Source of the DNA: Octopus vulgaris
Lineage: Eukaryota
Length of the DNA: 64,000 bases
Direction of reading: 5' to 3'
Assembly (NCBI GenBank): GCA_951406725.2
Contig: OX597819.1
Location: forward strand, 107,880,001 to 107,944,000
In this document: piece by piece, positions 50,582 to 62,285 of the stretch
Numbering within the stretch: position 1 is the stretch's first letter
Layout of the letters: each line of letters begins with the position of its first letter
Translations under genes and position numbers: made by a program
Notes under the pieces: generated by a model
What the model was told of the DNA's origin: nothing
Seen by the model: only the letters and a program-made list of their open reading frames with translations
Databases searched by the model: none

Positions 50582-50990
50582 ATTTCCAAATCTTTTAGTG
50601 GGTGCATCAAATAGCTTTTCCGTCATTCTCAAAAACTTCACGGATGCGAAAATGAAGGACATATATAACAGGTATGTAGAACATATATTTCTGTACTTTC
50701 TGTTTATTCGTATAAATCATTGAAATTGTTGTGTGCGCACACACAGACACGAATACACCAATTATACACATTTTCTATATATATTTAATAACGAACCATG
50801 TAATTCACACCCAGGAAATTTTATTTCTGTAAAATGTTGGGAGTGGGTGAAACTTCCGAGGCTTCCACCTCACTCCATTTTTCGAACCGCAATTAGGGTT
50901 TTCTACCTTGTTGGGATGGGTTATGTTAGCATGTTACAGGAATTCATTCAACGAAAAAAAAAAAAAAAATCCAATTCGCCACCCCCTTTT

Positions 50991-51346
50991 CCGAACCAAA
51001 ATAAGGGATTTCCAGCATATTAGGGTAAGAAGGTCAGAGTACTTGATTCCACGCAAAAAATCCGAATTTTAAAAAAATATTTTTCCTTAGTGAAAATTCC
51101 AGGGGGTGGGGGCTGCCCACCCTTCCGAACCAAAATATGGGATTTACAGCATATTACGAGGTCAGGGTACTTGCTTCCACGCAAAAAATCAGAGTTTTTT
51201 TTTTGTGTGTGAAAATTCCGGAGGCGGGGGTACCCCCCCCCCCCCTCCTTCCGGACTAAAATATGGGATTTGCAGCATATTAGGAGGTCAGGGTACTTGA
51301 TTCCACGCAAAAAATTCGAGTTTTTTTTTTTTTTTTGTGAAAATCG
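50991..51346. repeat. Tandem repeat, ~125-135-bp unit x3 with G/C-run hairpins
   Basis: CCGAACCAAAATA..GGGATTT.CAGCATATTA..GGTCAG.GTACTTG.TTCCACGCAAAAAAT three times. Confidence 0.85.
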
Positions 51347-51745
51347 TAATTTTACCAAATTTTTTTCACAAAAAGCTTCCCCTCCCGCTATCATCTCGAA
51401 GTATGTGGTAAAAGAAAAATTGAAAAACGGAGAAAATTCAACTTATGTGGGCGTACTGTTCTAGACCTCTGCCGAAGCCAATACTAGCAGACACATAAAT
51501 GTTAATTTCCAAAGTATGCTTTTTATAGACGATGAAATATTATTTGAAAAGATTTTGACTCTATTTCTAGCATTTCAAGAAACCACATAGAGTCTCTATT
51601 CTCCCCAACCCTCTGACAAAAAAAAAAAAACTGAAACGGAAAGTAAATTTCGTCTCTCTCACATGTCAATGTTGATTGTTGACAAAAATGTTATTGTTTA
51701 TTACTTAGTTTAGCCATGTGGTAATTATCGCTTACTTTAGTCTTT

Positions 51746-52169
51746 ACTTCCGGCAGCTATAACGTGTGTTGTTATCGTGATTAAACCACTTGGTTGTTGG
51801 GTGTAAATATTTTCAATTAACCGTGGTTAATAATGGATGGATGTGTTGTTCTTACAGTTGTTTAAAAACACTAAGCCCTGACCTATGATCAAAGACATTC
51901 CTGTCATGAACATCTCATTTTTTCCCCATCAAATATAAATTATCTATTTGGGGAAAGAAATAAAAGTATAACATTTCGTATATAAACACAAGCTACCATA
52001 TTAAACTATTAACCAATGTTTCCTCTTTTTAAGACAGTAGGGTGTGATTTGAGGGAGATTTGGCTGCTATATCTAACAAGTCGAATAACTGGAGAAGCTT
52101 CCTTGTTGCTTCTTTAAGTTGTTGATGTTTAAGATGAGAAAGATACTACATAGAAGAAATATTTTTGAG
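51746..52169 (+). promoter_or_regulatory. Putative promoter/non-coding first exon of ZNF-D
   Basis: ACTTCCGG at 51746; donor TTGAG|GTAAGATCTCTTT at 52170. Confidence 0.5.
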
Positions 52170-53352
52170 GTAAGATCTCTTTAGTCTGATGTCACTATGT
52201 TGGTAGTTAACAGATATAGTTTAAGTTTATTATTGCTATGTCACAATGATGTAATGCATAAAGAGAGACGTTATTTAGTGTTATATCTGTTTATTGAAAC
52301 AGTTTGTGTCAAGGAATTACGGAGGTCTGTGATTAGGAAATGGTAAACAATAATTTTTTAAAACTTCCAGAACTTTTTATTCAGCTATTCGTGTCTACCG
52401 TCATTCCAGTTCTTTTTATTTGTTGATAATCCGATGCGTGCGCACTGTGGCTTATATGCTTTCTCGTTGTTACCCTTGTCGACGTTTCAAGTGATTTCCG
52501 CTATCTGACATGAATCATTGTGCGTAACATCGACACTGGAGATGGCCGGGATCGTTTTCGTTTTCTTCCAACCACTTGAAGATTTTTCAAATTATCCACA
52601 CAGATGTGGTTTTGCATGCTGATGGTGAATAACGCATTCGTTTTTCGAGATATACATTATTAACAAGATAGAAGCATTGAAAAGTATGTTTTAGCTAATG
52701 AAGTGAATCCAGTGTCCTTTACAAGCCGAAGTCGGAACTGTTTGCTGCCATAGTTGCCATGGCAACAGACTATCGTTGAAGAAAGGGAACCATAAAAATT
52801 TGATAAGTTTTTTGAAAAATAAATTTAATGAAAGCAAACAAGCAAAAAGGAAGGCTTTTATTTAAAAAACAAAACAAAACAAAACAATGTTGAAATAAAA
52901 CATTAACGGAATGTTATGAAATTGAGCTATGCTCTGCAGTATCTTTTGAAAAGGTTAGGGTTTGGCGTTCTATCGCGAAATTGGTACCCTGATATTTCAA
53001 AAATATGAGAATATGCACGCCACAGGTCGCTCAATGTAAATAATTGTTCCAGGCAGAAATGATTGACAAATACATTCTTCGAGTATATTACAATCTCGAG
53101 AAGGTACTGCTAAAAATTGGCTAAAAATATGTAACTTTAAATGTTTCTAACTTCTTTGTTATAAATTGGCAAGACTTCCGCCTAATAAATTTCCAGCATA
53201 ATAACTGTGGTATTCGTCATAAACATGAAAAACTATATGAAAAGTACATTTTTTGAAAATGTTCAGATTAAGATTTGTAGTTGGAAGAAAATGGAAATAT
53301 CCAATGACCATTCATTAGCTCTTTTCTTTCTTTTTGTCATTTTTAGTTTATG

Positions 53353-53647
53353 TAGGCACAGACGTGACTGTATGGAAAAAAAAGCTTGCTTCCCAACTAC
53401 ATAGTTCCGGGTTCAGTCCCACTGCATAACACTTTGTGCAAATGTATTCTGCTATAGCCTCGGGCTGACCAAAGTCTTGTGAGTGGATTTGTTAGGCAGA
53501 AAGTGAAAGAAGCCCGTCATCGGTTGATGTGTGTGTATGTCTTTGTTTGTAATACTCTTACCGCTTGACAACTGGTGTTAATGTGTTCATTCAACTAAAA
53601 AAATTGCTCTAGCATGGCCGCAGTCTGATGATTGAAACAAGTAAAAG
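53353..53647 (+). mobile_element. SINE family C
   Basis: GGGTTCAGTCCCACTGC..TATAGCCTCGGGCTGACCAAAG..GAAACAAGTAAAAG. Confidence 0.8.
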
Positions 53648-53902
53648 AAAAAGATAAAAATGGCATCACTTTCACTTATCATCAATTAAGTAAAAGTTTT
53701 CAACTTGTTGATGTTAAATACGATCTGCAGGTCTCCTTTGCATTTTGCCTCTAGTTCTTAGGATATTCAGTTACTTTTTTTTTAGGTCTAAAGAAAGAGC
53801 CCATGCCATTTGCAGTTCTTCAGAAGTAATTTGATTGATGATGCAACTGTTTCATTTAAACTGTACCGTTATCTATTTACGTACATGTATGTGTATGTGT
53901 TT

Positions 53903-54054
53903 ACTCTTTTATTTGTTTCAGTCATTTGACTGCAGCCATGCTGGAGTACTGCCTTTAGTCGAACAATTCGACCCCAGAACTTATTCTATCGGTCTCTTTT
54001 TTCCGAACTGCTATATTACGGAGACGTAGACACACCAACGACGGTGGGGGATAA

Positions 54055-54098
<44 letters not shown>

Positions 54099-54279
54099 GA
54101 CGGGCTTCTTTCAGTTTTCGTTTACCAAATCCGGACGTTAAACGACGATGATGTGATGATGATGACTCACAAGGCGTGAGGCTATAGTTGAAGACACTTG
54201 CCCAAGGTGCCATGCAGTGGGACTGAACCCAGACCATGTGGTTGGTAAGCAAGCTACTTACCACACAGCCACTCCTGTG

Positions 54280-54282
<3 letters not shown>
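53903..54282 (-). mobile_element. SINE family C (inverted relative to 53353)
   Basis: Homologous to the 15478 copy. Confidence 0.8.
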
Positions 54283-54324
<42 letters not shown>

Positions 54325-54569
54325 GTGTGTGTTTAATGATTTTTTAAGTATAAAAATTAATAATACAAGTTGATGGTTTGTACTATTATTTTTCTAACAC
54401 GCATTGTTTTGGTTTAAAAAAATTAATCAAGAACATACATATATATAAGGCAATGCTTCATGAAAGCTATTCTGTCCTAATACATACACACTGTGTGTTT
54501 ACATCTCACGTCTATGGAAGTTGCAGCATATGGAGAGTGTTACTATTGCCAGTTCTCCTTTGAACAAAT

Positions 54570-54764
54570 TGTGGCAATTTGCTGTACTTGAGAAGACACA
54601 CTAAGCTAAGTAAAATCATTGTCCTCCATACATACAAGCTTGTCCTTTATAGGTGCCACATAAAATGCACTCATGCCTGTGCTGCAGAGATACAGCCATG
54701 TCAGTAGCACTTTAAAAGCACTCAGCACACTGTAAAGTGGTTGGTGTTAGGAAGGGCATCCAGT
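54570..54764 (+). mobile_element. RTE LINE ORF2 end plus 3'-UTR fragment
   Basis: LWQFAVLEKTH* followed by GTGGTTGGTGTTAGGAAGGGCATCCAG. Confidence 0.55.
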
Positions 54765-54800
54765 CATGATGTAGTGTGTTCATAGATCTTTGTAGAAATA

Positions 54801-55168
54801 TCTATTATATAAAATCCGTTCTGTCTGTCTGTGTGTGTGTCTTCTAGGATCTTGGGTATCCTGCATCCGATTGCGCTCAGATTTGATATGTAGATACCGA
54901 CGGTATCAGGGCGTGTATAAGTCATGAAAAAATTACAAATATTGATTCCAGGTGAGAATGCGATCGATAAAGCCATGGGAATATGCATTTGTTCGTGCAA
55001 GTACATCAATCGAAATCCGTCTTTTGCTGGTATCTCAAATTTAGGTTAAGTCGGTGTTTCTCAAAGGGCAGGCCTATGGGATGGTCGGACAAGTTGTTTT
55101 AAGAAAATTTGGTTTAAATGTTTGACAACTCAGCACCGTCCATTGGACGGGGAGCGTTTTGCTTGTAG
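54801..55168 (+). mobile_element. Non-autonomous Helitron-like element
   Basis: A|TCTATTATATAAAATCCG start; hairpin CCGTCCATTGGACGG near the end; terminal CTTG/GTAG is not canonical. Confidence 0.55.
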
Positions 55169-55608
55169 TTTACTAATAATAATTTTAATGTTTTCCTCTA
55201 GTCCAGACATGATTTCATGGAAACAAACATTACCTCTTGTATGCTAGAAATTGTATGTTGTCTACAACATTATGGCATATCTATGTTTTAGTTTTCAGTT
55301 GTGGGAGTTTAAACAACTCTTGAATGATGTAGCATTAGATTTTAAAATGGAATCCTTGAAAGATACTGTCATTGTGCAGTTTTAAATTTATTATATCATA
55401 ATAGTTGATTTCATGTTAATGTTTGTTTTCTTTGTATTTCAGGAAATGCTTCCATCTTGAATATGAAAACGCTAAGTTAGACTCTTAACTAAAGAAAGGC
55501 ATTCTCTGAGAGTTTAACAAAATATTGAACTTACAATGTCCAATTTATATTTTCGAAAGCTACAACCAAATTATTATTACTAAAAGTTGTGTGTGAAAAC
55601 ATAGCAAC

Positions 55609-57174
55609 ATGATGGGAGACAATACAGTTAATGCAGTAAAGAAAAATTACCATTGTAAAATTTGTGGTAAAAACTTTTCTAACATTTCGCGTTATAATCT
55701 GCATAAACATTCTGGAGAAAAACCATATCACTGCAATGTATGTGGTAAAGCATTCTTGTATAATAGTTATTTAAAGGCACATAAGCTTGCTCATACAGCA
55801 GACAAACCATATAAATGTGATGTTTGTGGTAAATATTTCAAAAGAGAGTGTGAAGTAAAGATGCATAAAATGACACACTCAGGACAGAAACCATTCTGCT
55901 GTAGTATTTGTGACAAAACTTACTCGCGATGTGGTGCTTTGAAATACCATCTACTGGTTCACTCAGGAGAGAGACCATACCGCTGTGAAATTTGTGGTAA
56001 ATCTTTCTCGAGTAAGGCTGTGTTAAAGCAACACGGGGTACTTCATACAGGGGAAAAATTACACAAATGTGACTTTTGTGACAAAGCCTTCTCCAGAAGA
56101 AATGACTTAACAAAGCATAAAATGGTTCACACTGGACAGAAACCATTTTATTGTGAAATTTGTGGGAAAATGTTCTTCAATGATTGTTACTTGAAGAAGC
56201 ACAGAATGATTCACACTGGGGAAAGTCCATATCATTGTGACATCTGTGGTAAAATATTTGCCTACAAAAGTATCTTAATGGACCATCAACTTGTTCATAC
56301 AGCAGAGAAACCATATACATGTGATGTGTGCAGCAAAGCTTTTAACAGACGTTCTACTCTAAAAAGGCATATAATGGTTCACACAGGAGAAAAACCATTC
56401 CACTGTGAAATTTGTGGTAAAACTTACCCAATTAACAGTGGATTAAAGCAGCATATGTTGGTTCACACTGGAGATAAAATATATAAATGTGAAATTTGTG
56501 GTGGATCATTCCCTAGAAAAAGTGACTTTACTAAGCATAAAATGGTTCACACAGGCGTGAAACCTTACTACTGCAACTTTTGTGGTAAAAGCTTCTGGAA
56601 TAATACTGACTTAATAAAGCATAAGTTGGTCCATATTGCAGAATCTTGTGCTTCTAATCCACACCGATGTGATATTTGTGAGAAAGTATTTGCAAGAAGT
56701 CAAAATTTAAAGAGGCATAAAGCTGTTCATACTGGAGAGAAACCTTACATCTGTGAAACTTGTGGTAAATCTTTCTCGTGCAATGATTACTTGAAGAACC
56801 ATAAAGTGGTTCATAGTGGAGAGAAACCATATAGCTGTGACATTTGTGGTAAATCATTTTCATTAAAATCTAACAGAGATAGACATAAAAAGGTCCACAC
56901 GGGAGAGAAACCATACCACTGTGAAGTTTGTAATAAAACTTTTTCAGAAAGTTCTACTTTGAAAAAACATAAGTTACTTCATTCAGGAGAGAGGCCCTTT
57001 CAGTGTGAGCTTTGTCCTAAAGCCTATTTGTGTATTAGAGACTTAAAGAAACATTATGCAAATCATACAAGTAATGAAACACACAAATGTGGAATCTGTG
57101 ATAAGACTTTTATGCATAAATGTAACTTAAATAAGCACTACATAATTCATACAAGAAAGAAACCATCATCATAA
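55609..57174 (+). CDS. C2H2 zinc finger protein ZNF-D (521 aa, ~18 fingers, first one shortened)
   Basis: Tandem C2H2 fingers with TGEKP linkers; acceptor TTGTATTTCAG|GAAAT at 55442 is identical to that of ZNF-C. Confidence 0.95.
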   Translation: MMGDNTVNAVKKNYHCKICGKNFSNISRYNLHKHSGEKPYHCNVCGKAFLYNSYLKAHKLAHTADKPYKCDVCGKYFKRECEVKMHKMTHSGQKPFCCSICDKTYSRCGALKYHLLVHSGERPYRCEICGKSFSSKAVLKQHGVLHTGEKLHKCDFCDKAFSRRNDLTKHKMVHTGQKPFYCEICGKMFFNDCYLKKHRMIHTGESPYHCDICGKIFAYKSILMDHQLVHTAEKPYTCDVCSKAFNRRSTLKRHIMVHTGEKPFHCEICGKTYPINSGLKQHMLVHTGDKIYKCEICGGSFPRKSDFTKHKMVHTGVKPYYCNFCGKSFWNNTDLIKHKLVHIAESCASNPHRCDICEKVFARSQNLKRHKAVHTGEKPYICETCGKSFSCNDYLKNHKVVHSGEKPYSCDICGKSFSLKSNRDRHKKVHTGEKPYHCEVCNKTFSESSTLKKHKLLHSGERPFQCELCPKAYLCIRDLKKHYANHTSNETHKCGICDKTFMHKCNLNKHYIIHTRKKPSS

Positions 57175-58539
57175 TCAGCCCTATTTTAACCTTTGTTTTC
57201 TATGCTGACTTGACTTTGTTGTACAACATACTGACAATCATCTTATCTGTGAGACATATATGATATTACCACTTCTTCCTATTTTTCCTCTATCAAACAT
57301 ATGGAATTTTCCATCCATTTCTCTTGTTTGTTTATGATTAAATGCCCAGACCAGTGCATTGGCACATGGCACACTGCACACATTGGCTGATACCAAGTTT
57401 CTCTATTAGTTCAATTTGTATTCAGTATTTCATGCCAGTTCACATACATCTAATATACCTCATTTCTATTCTGCAACTTTTATTCAGTATCTGTATTACA
57501 CAAATTATTTCATATAGTCTACATTTTATATCCATGGCAAAACCCCTTGTCATTAACAAAGCCAATACCTCTTTGAACATATCCTACCTCTTTCATGTTC
57601 TAGCTAACCTGCTTTTTCTACACCTTTCCCCAATACTAATTAGATCACTCAGGTGGTATATACTATCATGCACATCTAATGAACCATTTAAGTGATTCAT
57701 CATATCCTCATATACCTGTACAACTAACTATTCCAGTATGTCAAGCATTTTTCAGGTTATGGTTCTCTGCTAACCCACCTAAGGTTCCACTGCATCTTTT
57801 GTGTACCTGCTATTTTTACATAGGGTACACAGTATTTCACATATATTTCGATATATAAGATGCACTTTCACACAAGATGCACCTATATTTTAGAAGAATC
57901 TTTTGTGAGAAAAAACTAATTTAATATGTTTTGTCATGAAGGTAGAAAATGTGCCTCAACAAATTCTGTCTGAACCATGCAAGCATGGTGAAGTGGACAT
58001 TAAGTGATGATGATGACACACTAATTGGAAGATATTTTAAAGTAGTTTTGTAAGGGAAAATGTATGATTCTGTGCATATAAATGTGACAGTATACTGGAA
58101 TAAAGTATGAAACCATAAGTTTATAAAAATATAAATGCATTTAAGATAAGTTATATTATGGAAGTACTCTATTTATATTGTATCTTCTTTCAGGTGAATT
58201 GTACAAGATATTCAGGCTAAATTTGGCAACTTTTTGTCTCTTTCGTTCAAGAACAGCTCGATGTATTGGTGAATAGTCAACAACATTGGAAATTATAAAG
58301 ATTAAAATTGTTAAGAAAAAGTTGACATAGTGGATTGGAAGCCTTTTGTATACTGGAAAAGAGTTACCTGTATCATGATAATTTGCACCGGGTGTCAAAA
58401 TGCTGATATCATGACTGCTGCTCAATGATCTGTGAACACTGTAAAGCATGTAAGACATGATGTGACAGTTGCAACAGAGACTACAAAAGCTGTGGCCAGC
58501 AGAAGGGTCACAGCAGGCCTTCTGGCTGTGTTCACATGC

Positions 58540-58960
58540 CAGAATTCATCCTCACATCCTTGAATAGGGCCTTAAGCTCAATTCAGACAGCTACATGAAG
58601 CTGCTGGAGACTATGATCAATCCATGGTTGAGAGGGTTGCTGCTGGAAAACCATGTGTGGCAGCAGGATTCAATTCTTTGCCATGCCTCTGAAAAGAGTC
58701 AAAAGTGGTCGGAGTATTCTACAACTTCTTCAGCCCCAATTTCTGGCATCCTAATTTCCCTAATTGTAATCCCATGGATTACTGTGTGGGAGATGCAGTT
58801 AAGAAAGACACCAACTGCTCTACCTGCAATACCAAGCCAAGATCAAAGAAGTGTTTGAAAATCTTCTCTAGAACACTGAGGAACACATGAACCAGGTTCT
58901 GGAGCTGTTTTGAGGCTGTGGTGGAAGCTGAGAGCAGCTACTTTGAGTAAACTGTTATCT
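58540..58960 (+). mobile_element. maT/Tc1-like transposase relic (paralog of 38383)
   Basis: KLLETMINPW..VWQQDS..FWHPNFPNCNPMDYCV. Confidence 0.7.
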
Positions 58961-59559
58961 CCCCGCTCAAGAGAGCACAACACTATGTTAGAGGAAGGAC
59001 ATATCCTGGATATATTTGAAAGGCATAATGTAACTGAAACAAGTAACAATGACCTGTGTGAGGGAGATGCTAGAGCTGTGAAATTTGTTATAAAGTGTTA
59101 GAAATCGAGGTAAACTGAATTGTAAAGAATTATTTCACTGATGTAAAATTTATAGTATTGTGAGGGTATTTTAAACATTAACATTGACACAATTCTATAT
59201 TGTTTTACAATGTGTAAAGAAGTTTATTTGCATGTCAGCATTAACCTTTTTGCATTCAGATTACTCTGTCAAGTGTAATGCGGCTTATTCATTCACATGG
59301 TTTGAATTTATCATGAATTATCTCATAGCTTTGAGATTTTGATGATTGTTTAGTTTTAGAATGACTTGTGTGAGAGGCCAGATCCAGCTGGCTTGAACAT
59401 AAAATAGGTAGAATATTTGGGCAGGATATGCCCAGTTTAAATGCTTAAGGGTTAAAAGGGCTTTAGATGTACTGAGTTCCAACAGTCCTTCCCTTCCCAA
59501 GTATTTGAAATTTCTTTCAGTTATCAAATTTTGGAGCAACTTTTGAAGTTCTTTGCACC

Positions 59560-60400
59560 AAAAACGAGCAATATCCATGGACGTTTTGTAGGGTCTCTGA
59601 TGGTAGGTTCTTATACTTACATCAGAATTGACTTTGTGATATAAATAATACTGGTGATTGAGGATTTTGCCAGAGTTTGGGATTAATGAACTAATTCTGG
59701 TTGCTGTGAAATCTCTTTATGAATGCCAAAATGTTTGTGTTCAGGTAAATAGTACTGAGTCAAAACCTTTCCATGTAGGACTTCAGCAGGGGTGTGTATT
59801 GTCACCTCTCCCTTTCATAACTCTTATAAACTGAATTGACATGTACAGCTGTTGTGGAAGTAATATCAAAATCAGTGAATGTAGGATTGGTTGGCTGATA
59901 TTTGCAGGCAAGAAGATGCAACATAGCTTATCAGAAGGTGATCTCCAGCATGCACTGAATCTGTTCACTGCTGAGTGCTACAAGTTAAGGATGAGTATTA
60001 GTGTTGTGAAGACTGAGACAAGTGCTGAAGTTTAAGTGTCTCAGGGCCATACTTATGCGTGATGGAAGGCAGAAGGCTGAAATGGATGCTAGAAATGCAG
60101 GTGCTAGCACCAGCACAGTAATATGGCAGCTCTGGCATTCAATCCTCAGAAGAGGAAAGGTTGGTAAAAAGGCCAAATTTGCTATCTTCAATTCAGTTTT
60201 TAAGCTTATCCTCACCTGTGTTCATTAATGTTGTGTAATGGCAGGAAAAATACAATCATGAATACAAAGAAGTTATGTAGGCAGCTTATCAAGGAGATTC
60301 TCACAATGCACATGATTAAATGCAACAGTTAACAGTAAGCTTGTTAAGGATATTGGTCTGCTGGGGCATGACATAAGGAAACAGGACTGCAGTAGCTCTG
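59560..60400 (+). mobile_element. Decayed RTE-like LINE RT
   Basis: AVKSLYE..VQVNSTESKPFHVGLQQGCVLSPLPF; SEGDLQHALNLF..MSISVVKTE; KAKFAIFNSVF. Confidence 0.7.
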
Positions 60401-60799
60401 GCTTTACAAAAGCCATATAAGTGATCATCAAGGAGTTAGAGTGAAAAGTGGTTGGTAATTACTGGTTATTTCTCTGTAAGCTTTTTTTTTTTTGCACCCA
60501 CATAACATCATCAGTTAACATTCATTGTTCATACTGGCATGGGTTGGATGGTGTGACTAAAGCTGGTGGGGGAGGGCTGCACCAAACTCCCGTCTGATTT
60601 AGTATGGTTTCTACAGCTGGATGCCCTTCCTAACACCAACCATTTTACAGAGTGTGTTGGGTATGTACAAACCCTGTTCCGTTATCATTTCTAACAATTT
60701 ATATCAAATATATTTTATTATGCCAAAGAAAAAGTGCTGAAGACAAGATTAACAAGGCTATTAGAGCTTTCAAATAGGAGTACAAGATGAATGATAGAG

Positions 60800-61137
60800 T
60801 AATAGAATGCAAAATACACTGGGATAAGGTGAGAATGAATTTGTTGAGCACTAGGCATGTGCTGCTGAGGTGGTCAGGTAAGATTGCCAGCATTACCAGC
60901 TCCTTCTCAACCTCTTATGGATCCTCTAGAAGGCACTTTCATCCAGCCAAAGGATTTATTGAACAATATCACACAATACAACTCTGCATTTCAAATGACT
61001 TCATGTACTGCATCTAAGAAGATAGTTAAACATGAATTTATACCAACGTCAAAGTTCAAGGGCAAGTCTATCACCTCATTAGTTCCCTCTTACCCACAAA
61101 TGAACAACCACAGTTCCTCCAAATTTACATTATAGTG
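60800..61137 (+). mobile_element. Helitron Rep N-terminal region relic
   Basis: Frameshifted GMCC..LPALPAP..LLNNITQYNSAFQMTS..VQGQVYHLISSLLP..PQFLQIYI. Confidence 0.75.
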
Positions 61138-61138
61138 G

Positions 61139-61670
61139 ATCATCATCGTTTAACGTCTGCTTTCCATGCTAGTATGGGTTGGACGATTTTGACTGAGGGC
61201 TGGCGAACCAGATGGCTGCACCAGGCTCCAATCTTGATTTGGCAGAGTTTCTACAGCTGGATGCCCTTCCTATCATCAACCACTCCAAGAGTGTAGTGGG
61301 TGCTTTTTACGTGCCACTGGCACAGGGGCCAGTCAAGCGATACTGGCAACGACCTCGCTCGAATCCTTTTACACATGCCACCAGCACAGGTGCCAGTAAG
61401 GCAACGTTGGTAACGATCATGCTCGAATGGTGCCCTTTTATGTGCTACTGACACAGAAGCCGCTTGGCTGCTCTGGCAACGATCACGCTCGGATGGTGCT
61501 CTTGGTACCCTACTAGCACGGGCACAAGTGCCAGTAAGGCGACGCTGGTAACGATCACGCTCAAATGGTGCCTTTTAAGTGCCACTGGCACAGAAGCCGG
61601 TTACCCACTCTGTCAATGATCATGCTCGTATGGTGCTCTTTGCACCCTGCTAGCACGGATGCCAGTCATT
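61139..61670 (-). mobile_element. RTE-type 3'-UTR/tail with ~6 tandem 60-70-bp subrepeats
   Basis: (CAT)n-CGTTTAACGTCTGCTTTCCATGC..CTGGATGCCCTTCC, then repeated GGCACAG..GGCAACGATCA.GCTC..TGGTGC. Confidence 0.8.
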
Positions 61671-62285
61671 GAATTTCATTTTCATTTTCATTTTGCTTTT
61701 GATTGATTTCACTTGCTTCAACCGGTCTTTGCAATCAGAGTTTTAGTGTCCAAAGAAGAAAAAGGTGTGCATAAGTGGGCTGGTTATGCCTCCTGGCATA
61801 GGCCATGAGATTATGGTTTCATTTGACTTGCCGGGTTTTCTCAAGGGATAACTGTATATCTATGCCTGTGCTCATTTGTGTGTGTTTGTATATGCATATT
61901 TGTATTTATTTTAATCAATACTTGTCTGTGTGCTTGTATCTCTATGTGTATCTATGTTTATATGTCTGTGCGACTTTCTTTTACTCCTGTACCTCTGTTT
62001 ATATGTATGTGTATGCATGCGTTTTATCTATGTGCGTATATCTGTGTACATATGTATGCATATATGTCTGTGCATCTCTATACATGTGGACGTCTGAATT
62101 CGTGTGGCTGGGTTTTATGTCTGTGTTTGTTCATCTATATATGTATGTGTATGTGAATATATTTCCATAAGTTTGTCAGCATACATGTCTGTGCTTGCTT
62201 GAGTATGTACATGTGTGTCGATCTTTATGTATATGTCATTGTGGTTGTATTTGTTTATGTCTGTATTTTTATATATATATATATA

